IMG/VR virus record: IMGVR_UViG_3300027805_000006
Length of the DNA: 64,000 nucleotides
Direction: 5' to 3' (one strand)
Origin: a virus
Lineage: Duplodnaviria; Caudoviricetes
Part shown: positions 1-11,500 of the stretch, in pieces
Layout: every line of letters begins with the position of its first letter
Position numbering within the stretch: the first letter of the stretch is position 1
Translations under genes and position numbers: made by a program
The notes under the pieces: generated by a model
Told to the model about the DNA's origin: nothing
The model's database searches: none
The model's input: the letters and a program-made list of their open reading frames with translations, nothing else

Positions 1-806
1 CTGTAGCCAATATCAACATCCAACATACAGCGTACGCGACTGTTTTCCGGAAAATATGCTTCACCATCTAACACGCGGCTCAACTTCGTCTTGAAGAAAA
101 GTGGTGCTTTTTCCCAGTTATGAAACCAAATATCTTCATTTTCAACGTCAAACACCGCGCATCCTCTTTCACTGTCACCAGCATCCCCAAAATTAGTTGG
201 AAATGTATTGCCAATGTAGATTATGTTTTTGAATGTTTGTCTCTTATGAAAGTGCCCACTGAAGATAAACTGCGGTCCAGAAAAATCCTCAGGATCGGGT
301 CCGTGCTCCATCCGCCTATCAGCACCAGTGACAATAAAGTTTCTAAATTCAAAGTGACCAATCACATAACGACTTGAATTGATGTCAGGCACCTGTATTG
401 GATATTCTTCCCTAAAGAGATAGGGAGCCGCATAGAATTTTTTAGTAAGTTTCTTTGGCTCACTTACAAGGTGAAAGTTGTTTAGGTCATTGAAGATATC
501 AGTCGAAAATATCTCTCTGTTTGAGCGATGGTAGAGGTCGTGATTGCCGATAATAAAAATCACAGGTAAGCCGATAGCATTTAACCGCCTTGCACCCTCT
601 TGAGAAAATTTCAGGGTCTTGACATTTATCTGATTTCTATTTTCAAACCAATCACCTAAAAATGCAATATGTGAAGGTTTTTCCTGCTTTGCTACTTCGA
701 TAAGCCAATCGATATACTGCAGATTATCAAGATTGTGCTGCTCAGAGTTATTGCGACACCCCCAGTGGATGTCAGTAAACATTAGAAGTTTTTTGATTTC
801 CTGCAT
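1..806 (-). CDS. gp47: Recombination endonuclease subunit, Mre11/SbcD-like (T4 gp47); 3' end runs off the window
   Basis: Not in ORF track. Manual translation from ATG at 806 gives MQEIKKLLMFTDIHWG..FLGDWFENR..IIGNHDLYHR, i.e. metallophosphoesterase DxH, GD and GNHD motifs. Lies near gp55 as in T4-like phages. Confidence 0.92.
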   Translation of the reverse strand, partial: MQEIKKLLMFTDIHWGCRNNSEQHNLDNLQYIDWLIEVAKQEKPSHIAFLGDWFENRNQINVKTLKFSQEGARRLNAIGLPVIFIIGNHDLYHRSNREIFSTDIFNDLNNFHLVSEPKKLTKKFYAAPYLFREEYPIQVPDINSSRYVIGHFEFRNFIVTGADRRMEHGPDPEDFSGPQFIFSGHFHKRQTFKNIIYIGNTFPTNFGDAGDSERGCAVFDVENEDIWFHNWEKAPLFFKTKLSRVLDGEAYFPENSRVRCMLDVDIGY

Positions 807-1967
807 TTATTTTTCCACGTAAAAAATTTCACCACAATCCCATACAGGGCTTTTCAACCCGTGCTTAAATTGTGGATGAATTTTATATTCCTTTGGTTCA
901 TCAAACCCAATTATGTTTAGATTAAACTGCTGTGGAAGTGGCCAAGCACCACTAACCTTTAAACACTTACCGTCAAGTAAAAGTTGTTCATCTTTTGAAA
1001 TATTAATGTAGTTTTCAAACAGCCTATCCTTTACTTCATTTGGCATTATATCAATTTCATCTTCAAACAGCGATATAAGCGTAATTGACTTTCTTAGGCA
1101 GGATATTAATTTTTCTTGGTGATAGCCATTATAGGCACCTGCTGCTTCACTATGCCAGTATAAGCCGTTAATTTCAATTGCAAGGTTATGTTCAGGCAGA
1201 TAGAAATCCAGTTCCCTCGGCTTTATAATTTTTCTATCATTTTCAACAAAATTGATGTTATTTTCTAACAACCACGTTTTAACGCGTATGTGTTGAGTGC
1301 TAATCTGGTGTGGAAAACATTTCTTGCACCTTGGTATTTGAGAGCACCAAACACGTCGTGAAAAAATATGACCACAAATATGCTGTAGTTTTACTTCTTG
1401 AGAACTAGTAGGATTTTCAACAAGTGATAGATTTTCTTTTTCAAGCAAGAAAGACAATCTTCTGGTGAATGCCTGAGACTTAATTTCCTGGGATTGATCA
1501 CGCAATTTGCCTAGATTAAAGGCGTTCTCTACACCATATTTTTTAAGCATTACTTTTTTAAAATAGGAACCTCCAAAATAGTGCTCTGGTGTGGAGCCAT
1601 ATTTCTGAAGAACCGTTGCTGCTGCTTTATGTTTTGTTACTTCTAATTTTTGAGGATAGTCTATTCCATATTTTTTAATGTTAGATTGCTTTCTAGCATA
1701 CTGAGTTGTCTCAGCGTTAGCGCTGCATCTTGCAGAACAAAACTTTCTAAAAGTGCCTCTTGCGAATATTGTAGATTGACCACAAATAGCACACCCCTCA
1801 GGTTGCCCGTTTTGATCTATCCAAGCAACCTCAGCAGGTGTTCTTCCATTTAGTAACTTTTTGATTTGCGGAGTTACTAACTTTTTCCAATTGGAATTTA
1901 TTGAACCATCCTCTTTTATAATTGCTGATTTTTTAAGAATATCAGTTATCACTGCTGTTGCCACCAC
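807..1967 (-). mobile_element. Free-standing homing endonuclease (PD-(D/E)XK/Vsr-like, Hef-type)
   Basis: ELDFYLPEHNLAIEINGLYWHSE catalytic-type motif, CxxC zinc motifs and KKYG repeats. Wedged between gp55 and gp47, overlapping gp55 and abutting gp47 (TAAATG). Confidence 0.8.
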
Positions 1968-2400
1968 TCATAAAAGCTGTTTCATCAGAAGTTTTTCCAG
2001 ATGAACGCTCTTGAAATGAGAAGGAAGGATTAACGCCAGCATCCACAAGAAGTTCATCGCGTATGTCACGTTGCTTCTTTTCATCTGCAAGGTATTGAAG
2101 AAAACTTCGATAAACAGCAGTAGTGTAGAAAGCGAATGGATTGTCTGACTTCTCAGGATCAAACTTGTGCCAGTTTGCACACAGATTAACAACGGCAAAT
2201 GACACCATATCTTCTCTAAATGAATATCCGCCAAAGCTTGCGGAATAGGAATACCGCTCGGCAATCATGTGGAGATATTTTGCGAGAATAGGTGACAACT
2301 TGCCCTTTTCTTTTGCCTCTTTAATGGATTCAAGCAATTGAGCATTAGTGACATAATGTCCCTTCGTAGTAGTAGATCTTGGTTTCTTGTAGGTAGGCAT
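1942..2400 (-). CDS. gp55: Late-transcription sigma factor (T4 gp55 family)
   Basis: HYVTNAQLL..IAERYS..FREDMVS..FDPEKSDNPFAFYT..EKKQRDIRD matches the gp55 family pattern; AAGGA RBS. Confidence 0.88.
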   Translation of the reverse strand: MPTYKKPRSTTTKGHYVTNAQLLESIKEAKEKGKLSPILAKYLHMIAERYSYSASFGGYSFREDMVSFAVVNLCANWHKFDPEKSDNPFAFYTTAVYRSFLQYLADEKKQRDIRDELLVDAGVNPSFSFQERSSGKTSDETAFMSGGNSSDN

Positions 2401-2441
2401 TATTTTCCTTTACGGTCACGCATCTAAACGCAATATTTGTA

Positions 2442-2450
2442 ATTGTAACA
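2442..2450 (-). promoter_or_regulatory. Extended -10 sigma70-type promoter (TGT-TACAAT) for gp55
   Basis: Minus strand TGTTACAAT about 40 nt upstream of the gp55 ATG; same form upstream of primase and clamp. Confidence 0.55.
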
Positions 2451-2506
2451 TTTTCTTTACACGCCGTTTATCAAAATTTAGGTCCAGGACGATTAGACAA
2501 ACGAGC

Positions 2507-2513
2507 ATAAATA
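2507..2513 (+). promoter_or_regulatory. T4-type late promoter ATAAATA
   Basis: ATAAATA just upstream of the first late gene; the same motif recurs before many late genes. Confidence 0.7.
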
Positions 2514-2524
2514 CCTAAAGTCCC

Positions 2525-3220
2525 ATGGAGATAAGTATGGAATTCTTGTCAGAAGAAGAAAAGGCAGAGAAAATTGGTTATCAAGACAAGCGAGTTGTTG
2601 TCATGGTTGGTCGTTTTCAGCCTCCAACGCGTGGGCACTACAAGGTTATTGACGCGATGAAGTCATTCATCAGGTCAAACCCAGACCTTGACCTTGATAG
2701 GATGCCAGTAGTTGTCATTGTAGCAGGAAGCAAGTCTGATTCAGATAAGAAAAGAAATCCACTCAGTGGCGATGACCGTAAGAAATTCATGGAAAGTTCT
2801 GGAAAAGCAAATGGGGTAACTTTTCTGATTGCACCCAATGCATTTGCTGCCTTCACAAAGGTAAGAGAAGAAGGAATGGAGCCCATCGCAGTTGCTTGTG
2901 GTGAGGACCGTGAAAAGGACTATCTAAAGATTCTAGATAAGCACTTCAGGGATGAGGATGATGAGCCAATTGAACATCATGTAATCTCGCTGGACCGCGA
3001 CTTTGATACTGAAAAAGATGATGGTGAAGACTATTTTAATATGGTCATTGACATGATAAACAATGGCGATGAAATAGATGATAACCAAATAAGCGGATCA
3101 TTAGCACGTCATGCAGTAAAGAATGATCAGTTAGATGCTTTTGCATACATTGTTGGGCTAGACGCAAAGAAGAAGTTGGCAGAAAAACTATTTGACAAAG
3201 TGAAGGAGGCTATTGAATGA
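2525..3220 (+). CDS. Cytidyltransferase-like (HIGH superfamily) nucleotidyltransferase
   Basis: VVVMVGRFQPPTRGH (HIGH-like), VACGEDR and ISGSLAR, as in the cytidyltransferases of T4-like phages. Confidence 0.82.
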   Translation: MEISMEFLSEEEKAEKIGYQDKRVVVMVGRFQPPTRGHYKVIDAMKSFIRSNPDLDLDRMPVVVIVAGSKSDSDKKRNPLSGDDRKKFMESSGKANGVTFLIAPNAFAAFTKVREEGMEPIAVACGEDREKDYLKILDKHFRDEDDEPIEHHVISLDRDFDTEKDDGEDYFNMVIDMINNGDEIDDNQISGSLARHAVKNDQLDAFAYIVGLDAKKKLAEKLFDKVKEAIE

Positions 3221-4425
3221 TAAAGAGCCTCATTACGAGCGCAGTTTCTTCTGCTTTACCACTTGCCGTGAATAACACTGTTGGCGATGTAAAAACAAAA
3301 ATTGCTGAACTAGGTAGCAAAGTCAAAAATGTTTTCAATAATTCTGGACCATTTACAAAACTTGGTGCCAATGCACCATCTCTTACAAGCACGGCGAAGG
3401 AGCAACTTTTAGCCAGAACAGACTTGAAGGCAATTGCGCCAAATATGACAACTCAGGATATAGATGAGAAGATTAGAGATATGGCAGGTAACCCGTGGCA
3501 GGGGACTGAACTTGACTCTGATGCTGCTACAAAATTGGTGCAAGATGCTGTTGACCAAGATGTCACCGCTGCACAGATGAAACAGGCTAAGAATGAGAAT
3601 GCTCCAGTAGAACAGGATTTATCGCACATAATAAAACTTACTGAGGTATGGTCAAGTTTAGAGGTGCCATTTAGAATTATGCCTGAAATTACTGAAAGTC
3701 GTTCAGTTGAATATGAAGCGGTGCAACCTCCCCAATCACCATCTGCATTTCAGAAATACAAAGGAACAACAAATACCCAGTGGACAGTAAATGCCACGTT
3801 TATCTGTAGAACGTCTGCTGAAGCAACAAACAATTTGATTTTCTTGAACCGGCTTAGAGGGTGGACAATGCCATTCTTCGGTTCTAAACTTTCAAGATAT
3901 GGACAAGAGTGGGCTTCACGGCTTGGAGCACCTCCTCCAGTTCTAATTCTAGAAGGCTGGCGACAGAATATGCTTGGGCCTACTTATGTTGTAATTACTT
4001 CCCTAAACTGGAACTTTCCGCGCGATGTTGACTATATTCCTGCATATGAAATTGATTCTGCTGATACTGGGGAAATAATGTACCGTGATGACACAACACC
4101 AAACATACCATTTCCAACGGTGATGCAACTGCAAATTCAACTTGTTGAAGCCTTCTCTACTGACCAAGTTAATGGATTTGACTTACCTAAGTTTAGGGCA
4201 GGAAAGTATAAAGAAGCATTTGAGCGACTTCCACGTGGACAAGCAGGCACTATTACTGAGTGGGCAGAAGATGTACAGCAAGAAGCACAGCAAGTTGGCA
4301 GCGGCCAAACAAACGTCACATCTGAGAGTACTTCTCCTCCATCTGAGCCTGAAGCAGTTCAGTACACAAGCCCAGAAGAACCTCTAACGAACCGTACTGG
4401 TGGCTATTATGGTGGAGGTGAATAA
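3217..4425 (+). CDS. Baseplate/tail-tube initiator-like protein (gp48/gp54/GpU-like)
   Basis: PEITESRSVEY..GAPPPVLIL..VVITSL.W.FPRDVDYI pattern; position directly before gp53/hub/gp5. Confidence 0.6.
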   Translation: MIKSLITSAVSSALPLAVNNTVGDVKTKIAELGSKVKNVFNNSGPFTKLGANAPSLTSTAKEQLLARTDLKAIAPNMTTQDIDEKIRDMAGNPWQGTELDSDAATKLVQDAVDQDVTAAQMKQAKNENAPVEQDLSHIIKLTEVWSSLEVPFRIMPEITESRSVEYEAVQPPQSPSAFQKYKGTTNTQWTVNATFICRTSAEATNNLIFLNRLRGWTMPFFGSKLSRYGQEWASRLGAPPPVLILEGWRQNMLGPTYVVITSLNWNFPRDVDYIPAYEIDSADTGEIMYRDDTTPNIPFPTVMQLQIQLVEAFSTDQVNGFDLPKFRAGKYKEAFERLPRGQAGTITEWAEDVQQEAQQVGSGQTNVTSESTSPPSEPEAVQYTSPEEPLTNRTGGYYGGGE

Positions 4426-4802
4426 TGGCTGAAAAAAATAGCACACTTGTAAAAACTTCAAGATACGTTGCTGGAGGCACCTCCGAAGTAAACAGGAATG
4501 CAATTGAATGGTGGGAAAAAAATACCATTAATCGTGATCCTTCAGACACATCCTATGTTGTAGAAAAGCGCTTTGAGGGGCGTTTAGATATGATAATTGC
4601 AGTCAATATAGGTGAACAATTTTCTAGATATTGGTGGGTTGTTGCTATGATGAATAGTGTTCTTGACCCATTCAATGAAGTGAAAGAAGGAAGAGTTCTA
4701 TATCTTCCAACAAAAGAACGGCTGCAAAGTATGCTTACTGGAAAAATGGGTGGCATACCTTCAACTCGACAAGTTCCAATATCAATATTACCAATAGTAT
4801 AA
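4425..4802 (+). CDS. gp53: Baseplate wedge protein, gp53/LysM-like
   Basis: YVV..RFEGRLDMI...YWWVVAMMNSVLDPF.EVKEGRVLYLP, typical of gp53-like LysM fold; synteny. Confidence 0.72.
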   Translation: MAEKNSTLVKTSRYVAGGTSEVNRNAIEWWEKNTINRDPSDTSYVVEKRFEGRLDMIIAVNIGEQFSRYWWVVAMMNSVLDPFNEVKEGRVLYLPTKERLQSMLTGKMGGIPSTRQVPISILPIV

Positions 4803-7013
4803 ATGACAGATCCAAAAACCACCACGTCGTACGAGTTGTTTAATCCACTCGACGCATTTTCAACATATTCAACTCACTTCGTTATACTTGCGGCTCGTAC
4901 CACAGAGAATGCAAGGCTGTTTACAGAAGTTGAAAGAAACGTTGAAACACTTGCTGCTATAGATGCGACGCCTGCACTGGGGGACAAAGTAAACTACCCA
5001 GGAGCAAAGGGTGATGTATTTCTTGTGATTGATACCCGCAGATTCTCGCAGTATACTGTTGAGAATATGAAATATGAGGTTTTGATAAATGGGCTGTCAA
5101 AGGGGCAATCACACGCAAACTTAGCGACTTTGGTCGAAATGACTGTGCTAGATAGCGTTGGAATTTCTTTCATCAACTACATGCAATGGCTGATGGATTC
5201 AAAAATGCAGACCAATTTTGACGGTATGATTTTCTTGATTCGCGTCATATTCGTCGGTCACCTAGAAGATGGCACATCTCAAACTGTGCAGGATATTACT
5301 ATTCCCGCCCACCTCTTTAAGATGGAGGTCAATCTTGATTATGCGAAGGGCATTTATAATTTAGAGTTTATGCCAAATACGAATTTCTCAATTAGCGAAC
5401 ATCGTAGGTGGCTAAACATTGGTACTGCATCGAGTTATTTTACTGGTGATGGAAACAAGACGCTTGGTGGACTTATTGATTCTTTTGAAGTTAGACTAAA
5501 TGAAGAATCTTCAAAAAATTACAATGCACTACAACCACTGCTGAAGCAGGCTGGTAGGCCGCCGGCCCAGACAACGGGTAAATTTGGAAGACTTGTAAAG
5601 TATCAAATTACTGTTCCAGAAGATTGGAGAAAATTCACATTTACTGGAGCAAGTGTGAATGCGGCAGAGGAAAGAAACTTTGTTGATGAATTGAAAAAGC
5701 AAGAGTCTGCAAAGACAGAACAACAGAAAAAACAGTCTTCACCTAGCGATGGTACGTCTGCGCCCACAAAAGATGCTCATATGTCTGTAAATGCTGGCAT
5801 ACTAATTACCGATGTGCTAGATTTAATATTCAAACAAGTGAAGGAAATTGCACAATTTGCAAATTCTGAAAAAGTATCAGATACTGACAAGTATCTAACA
5901 TTCTATAAGCACGTGATCGGTATTACCAGCGACGAAGAAACTGTTACGCTACACGTAGATGTAGTGCCTTTTGAAGTACCAAATATTAAGCCTCCATCGC
6001 AGAAAGATACAGCGTCTTCTGTTTCACAACATCAAGATAAATTCTATGTTGAAGTTACTGATGCAGCCACTAAAACAAAAAAGAGAATACCAAAGAACTA
6101 TTTTGAACTCGATTATATTTTTACTGGAAAAAATACGCATATACTAAACTTTGATATGAAGATCCAGGATCTTCAATTTATGCTAGCATCAAATACCAAG
6201 GTTAGTGAAGGCGAATTAGTCTCACAGGTACTTGAGGGACAGGGAGATAAACAAAAGGCAGAAGCACAGGCAAAACTTTCGCCAAGAATAAAAGAAGTTT
6301 TATCTGCACGACAATATGACCCGCTTCTAATTCCCACCCTAACAAAGGAGGAACTTGCATCTTTTTCTGCGTTTACAAACTTTAGAAATAAAGAAGAACA
6401 ACGAGAAACAACTGCATATGTACAGCAGTATTCAAGGAACCTTTCAGCATTTTATGCAATAAGCCCAGTTCAAATTTCTATGACCATAAAAGGCAATCCA
6501 CTTATTATGGGAAAGTTTAATTTGCCTGAATTTCCACCAAATATTTCAACTACTACAAATACTGGCGCTGAAGGTGGCCAAACAACGGCTACGAGTCAAA
6601 CAGCAAAGCAAGAGTATAGACAAAAATTTGAAGAGCGAGTGCTGAAGAAGAAAAACGGTGTTGTGAGAGGAAATACGCCTGGCACTTTCAGTGTTAATCC
6701 ACCAATTGGCAATGACAGTTATGTTTCTACCCCAGTGTTTGTTAAGGTAAACATTAAGGGACCAAATGTTGATTTCTTAGACAATGGACAGATTGTAACT
6801 TTAGATGACGCAGGCAAAAATCTTGCACCATTTGCAACTGAGGTACTGTATGATAACTACTATGTAGTGTTTAAAGTAGTAAACAAAATAGAGCGTGGTA
6901 TCTTTACGCAGGAACTAGAACTGTGGTCTCATAACGTATATGGTCAAGGAAAGTTAACTTCTGAGCAGATTCAGACGAAACAGCCCAATAAGGCACCAGC
7001 AACTACTGGATAA
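4803..7013 (+). CDS. Baseplate hub protein (gp27-like), 736 aa
   Basis: Lies between gp53 and gp5; C-terminal MTIKGNP..YYVVFKVVNKIERGIFTQELEL resembles hub C-termini. Confidence 0.55.
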   Translation: MTDPKTTTSYELFNPLDAFSTYSTHFVILAARTTENARLFTEVERNVETLAAIDATPALGDKVNYPGAKGDVFLVIDTRRFSQYTVENMKYEVLINGLSKGQSHANLATLVEMTVLDSVGISFINYMQWLMDSKMQTNFDGMIFLIRVIFVGHLEDGTSQTVQDITIPAHLFKMEVNLDYAKGIYNLEFMPNTNFSISEHRRWLNIGTASSYFTGDGNKTLGGLIDSFEVRLNEESSKNYNALQPLLKQAGRPPAQTTGKFGRLVKYQITVPEDWRKFTFTGASVNAAEERNFVDELKKQESAKTEQQKKQSSPSDGTSAPTKDAHMSVNAGILITDVLDLIFKQVKEIAQFANSEKVSDTDKYLTFYKHVIGITSDEETVTLHVDVVPFEVPNIKPPSQKDTASSVSQHQDKFYVEVTDAATKTKKRIPKNYFELDYIFTGKNTHILNFDMKIQDLQFMLASNTKVSEGELVSQVLEGQGDKQKAEAQAKLSPRIKEVLSARQYDPLLIPTLTKEELASFSAFTNFRNKEEQRETTAYVQQYSRNLSAFYAISPVQISMTIKGNPLIMGKFNLPEFPPNISTTTNTGAEGGQTTATSQTAKQEYRQKFEERVLKKKNGVVRGNTPGTFSVNPPIGNDSYVSTPVFVKVNIKGPNVDFLDNGQIVTLDDAGKNLAPFATEVLYDNYYVVFKVVNKIERGIFTQELELWSHNVYGQGKLTSEQIQTKQPNKAPATTG

Positions 7014-7017
7014 CAGC

Positions 7018-8115
7018 ATGAACTTGATACCATTTGTAGAAGGAATTGTAATTGACACATCTGACCCACAACAGATGGGCAGAATAAAGGTGCACTGTCC
7101 ATCTATTGACGGTGACAAAATTGATCCTGCAAGTATTCCATGGGTTTCATATGTTAGTCCATTAGCAGGGCAAACAGTAAATTATCCTGCAGGCAGTTCA
7201 GCAGCAGTGGCGCGAGGACCACATTCATATGGGTTTTGGGCTATCCCCAAGATAGGAACTCTAGTAATTGTTGGCTTCTTATATGGTGACCATAACCTGC
7301 GCTTCTATATTGGCTCATACTTTGGCGATCATGGTAATCGTTCTCTTCCTGCAGGAAGAAATACATCATCTGCTGGGCCAATTACAGACATTCTCGAGCC
7401 TGTTGAACCATCTGCTACCAATCTTAAGCAGCAGTTTCAGGGAAAACTAGATACTTCAGAGGCACGTACGCGCGGGGGCTATGAACGTCAGGTGGCTCAG
7501 CCACGGACAGATAAAGATGGTACTGAAGGCTACCATAAAGGCACAGTTGAAAGTGGCTTAGACCCACAAACATACTGCATAACAACGCCTGGTAGAAACA
7601 GCATCATTATTCAGGACAACCCTGAAAATGCAAGAATTAGAATTAAAACTGCTGAGGGGGCACAGATAATTCTGGATGATGCAAATGAGCGCATCTATGT
7701 AAGCACGGCAAAAGGTAAGAGTTGGGTAGAACTTGACCAAGATGGTAGAATTCATGTATATGCTGCAGATAGCATAAGCGTAACTTCAGGTGCAGACATC
7801 AACTTTAGCGCCAAGGGCGACTTTAATGTGCATGCAGGCGGAAATATAAATTTACTTGCGGTGGGGCATGGACGCCTGACTGCATGTAAGGACATTTCAC
7901 TGAGCGCTGATACTACCGTAAATATTGAAAGTAAAGACCAGATGAACTTGTTATCAGCCGCAAGTATTATTCAGACGGGTAAGAAAGACATTCACCTCAA
8001 TGGTCCAGATGCAAGTTCAGCGCTATGTGCAGAAGAACCAAAAACTGTCCCACAGCACGAGCCTTGGACAAGAAGTGCAACTAAGGGCAAACGTGGTAAA
8101 AATTGGAAAGCATAA
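7018..8115 (+). CDS. gp5: Baseplate spike (gp5/VgrG-like OB-fold plus beta-helix, no lysozyme domain)
   Basis: GIVIDTSDPQQMGRIKVHCP..PKIGTLVIVGF..GD OB-fold, followed by beta-helix-like repeats. Confidence 0.85.
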   Translation: MNLIPFVEGIVIDTSDPQQMGRIKVHCPSIDGDKIDPASIPWVSYVSPLAGQTVNYPAGSSAAVARGPHSYGFWAIPKIGTLVIVGFLYGDHNLRFYIGSYFGDHGNRSLPAGRNTSSAGPITDILEPVEPSATNLKQQFQGKLDTSEARTRGGYERQVAQPRTDKDGTEGYHKGTVESGLDPQTYCITTPGRNSIIIQDNPENARIRIKTAEGAQIILDDANERIYVSTAKGKSWVELDQDGRIHVYAADSISVTSGADINFSAKGDFNVHAGGNINLLAVGHGRLTACKDISLSADTTVNIESKDQMNLLSAASIIQTGKKDIHLNGPDASSALCAEEPKTVPQHEPWTRSATKGKRGKNWKA

Positions 8116-8118
8116 GAA

Positions 8119-8505
8119 ATGATAACTAGGAAGGCAATTTATAGAGGTTTTTCTACTGCTTATCATAAAGATAACAGGACTGCGGGCTTTACAACGGCAA
8201 ATGTTGAAGCAGTCAAGAGAGACCTTTTGAATCACATCCACACCGTCAAAGGTGAGCGAGTGATGATGCCTAATTTTGGGACTAGAATTCCGCTGCTAGC
8301 ATTTGAGCCGCTGGACCAAAAAACACTTGCAATTGTCGAATATGACTTGAGAGAAGTCTTCAACTATGACCCGCGTGTTGAACTGGTAGAGTTGGCAGTA
8401 ATGGCACTGCCAAACGAAAATGCCATAGTTGCGTATGCAGATTTACGCTACCTAGAGATTAATGCAACCGAGACGCTTAAACTCGAGTTTCCTGTGGGTG
8501 GTTGA
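8119..8505 (+). CDS. gp25: Baseplate wedge subunit gp25-like
   Basis: VKRDLLNHI.T.KGERVMMPNFGTRI..L.FEP..DPRVEL signature. Confidence 0.92.
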   Translation: MITRKAIYRGFSTAYHKDNRTAGFTTANVEAVKRDLLNHIHTVKGERVMMPNFGTRIPLLAFEPLDQKTLAIVEYDLREVFNYDPRVELVELAVMALPNENAIVAYADLRYLEINATETLKLEFPVGG

Positions 8506-8562
8506 TAAAAACCGAGATGGAATAATCACTAAATAACTCTATTATTTGAATGGTGTGGTAAT

Positions 8563-11500
8563 ATGGCGTTGAGGACAACATACTCTGCTGAGCAATGGGA
8601 AAAGGTTTATCAGGCATTTTCTGCTGTAAATTTTACATCCTTTGACTTTGATACCATCAAGCAGTCACTTATTGACTATACTAAGACGTACTACCCTGAA
8701 CAGTTCAATAGTTACATTGAAAGTTCAGAGTTTATCGCTTTGCTAGAGATATTTGCCTATATCTGCGAGCAACTTGCCTATCGAATTGATATGGTAAGTC
8801 ACGAAAATTTCATCACGACTGCTCAGCGCAAGCAGTCTATTCTTCGCCTTGCGAAACTTATTTCATACAAGGCAACAAGAAATATCGCCGTTCGTGGTCT
8901 TGTAAAAATCACTACGGTGGTAACCACTGAGCAGGTATTTGACAGCCGAGGCGTAAATCTATCAGGATTAACCATCGTCTGGAATGACCCAAATAATTCT
9001 AACTGGAAAGAGCAGTTCTTCCTGGTGATCAACCGAATTTTGAATTCCAGGTTTGGCGAACCGCAGAAGACCTTCCAAATCGGTGATGTGGTAATGGACC
9101 TTTATTCTCTAAAGAATAATGCTGATTCATTCCCTGTTGGTGTTTTCCCATTTACCGTAAACACTGGTACTGAAACACACCCAATGGAATTTGTTCCCGC
9201 TGACCTAGATGAAAATGGTCCTTTCGAGCGAGAGCCTGACCCAATTGCTGCAATGTCAATCATCTATGCAAATGACGGTATAGGCGATGGTTCAGACTAC
9301 ACTGGCTTCCTTGGCTTCGTAAAGCAGGGCGTTCTGTCACGTGTTGATTATGAAATTGCGGATGTGCTGCCAAACCGCCAGTTAGATTTTGAAACAGGAA
9401 ATATCAACCATACTGATGTGTGGGTTCAGCGAATTGATACCTTCGATAGAATTATTGAGCGCTGGAAACAAGTCGATAGCATCTCTGAGCAAAACCTTAC
9501 GTTCAATGAGATTAGAGACACACGTAAGAAGTTCGAGGTTGATACTCTAGAAAATGACAGAATAAAAGTAATATTTGGTGATGGTGACTTCAGCGATATT
9601 CCTCAAGGAACGTTTAGGTTCTGGGTAAGACAGTCTGCTGGCAGAAGTCTAGTAATTCAGAAGAATAGACTTGTAAATCAGGGAATGAACTTCTCATACA
9701 CAGGGTCTTCTGGAAATGCTGAGACGTGTGGTATTACGTTCAGCCTCACTAGTACTCTTCAGAATGGTTCTGCAACTGAAAGTATTGAGCATATTCGTCG
9801 GTCTTCTCCAGCCACATACTACGCACAAAATAGAATGGTAAATGGTCAGGACTACAACACATATATGTTGAAGGATCCAACCATTCTTAGACTGAAGGCT
9901 ATCAATCGAACTTTTGCAGGTCAACCAAAATACATTGACTGGAATGATGCTTCTGGTTCATATGAAAATGTAAAACTGTTTGGCGATGACCTAACGATGC
10001 GTTATTCCATTGGGGTAAATTCGCAAACAACATCAATAAGTGGAAGAGCACTTATTGACAGCATTATTGAGCCACTAATGAATACCAGTGGCGTAATTAA
10101 TATGATGCTGCACATTTCAGCAAGTGACCCAATTATGAAGGGTGTTGTATCTTCTCCAAGAAGGAAGTTTATTGAAGATAATAGAGGTGGTATCTATTTT
10201 GATAAAAACAACTCATTCGTTAGTCTAATTTCTGCAGTTACTGCAGATGGTTCTTTAAAGGAAAAAACTGCAATTCAGGCGCTGATTGACCGTCACTACT
10301 ATGGCGAACCTCTTGAAACTGTAGTTCTCGGCGATGGCACCATTCTTGGTAGAATTCCAGATCCAGATTTATTCCCAAAAGATGACAGCAAAATCTATCA
10401 GCAAAATCTGCCAAGAACAATAGATGGTGTGAATAAGTTTCCACCAGGAGATATCGGTTCAGGGCTTCAGCCTATTGCAGATCAAGATTATTTTGGTCTT
10501 CGCTATAATCGCTATACGAATGGTATTGGAAATGGTAGTATTGATGTCACAACATATAACACCGATTGGGTTGCTTCAAACTATTGGATGAATGGAGAAG
10601 TATTCACGTTAGAAGTTCAAACAGACGGTGAAACTATTTCTGTACGAAGCAACTTAAGAGGTACATTCCCATCAGCAACAGTTGGCGAGGTTTATTACTT
10701 CTTGCCTGAGGGGCAGATTACCCCAGTTGAAATGTTTTTGGTGACTGTCGGCACAATTCCATTTGAGCAGGGAGATGCATTTATTCTTGATACCTCTTCA
10801 GCGGGTAGTCTGTCTGCTCGCACCTACCCATCTGATGCCACACAAGTATTCAATTTGAATGGATGGTGGCAGATTTTAGGCTTCTCTGAAATGCCAGCAT
10901 ATTCATCAGGAATTGTTGATAGTGAGTATTTTGACCAGAAATTTACAACTGAAGAAACTGACCCAACCCTTAGACAACATTCATGGCTAATTTTTGTGCG
11001 TAAGATTCGTCAGCAGCCAACCAATAATGTAATTGGATATGAAGTTCATAGTCGTGAACTAAAGTTGGTGATTGAAAGTCTGACAACTAAGTTTTGGTTT
11101 AATGCGGTGGATCAACTTATTGACAATGAAACAAAGAAAGTTGTCTTTGATAATGTTAAAATTCTACGATCAAATCTAAATTGGAATGGTGAACTCCTTG
11201 GCAAAAATCAAGTATATGACGTTGTTGGCGCTGTAGTTGACAGCGATGGCATTACTAATTTCAATAGACTGGAAATTGTTCCAACAGACTTGCTAAATGA
11301 GGATGAAAGTGGAAATCTCATTCCTGACCGACTGCTTCAGTTTGAAAACTTTGCAGGAACAGGAACTGGTTCCCCTTCATATGAGTACTTTATAGTAGGG
11401 GCACCAGAAGTTCTGCTTGAGGGTGCTCAACTAGCAGATGCAATTGCTGCATTTGGCGTTGCTCCACCAGGTGCGCTCGCAGTGTATGATAGTGGTGATA

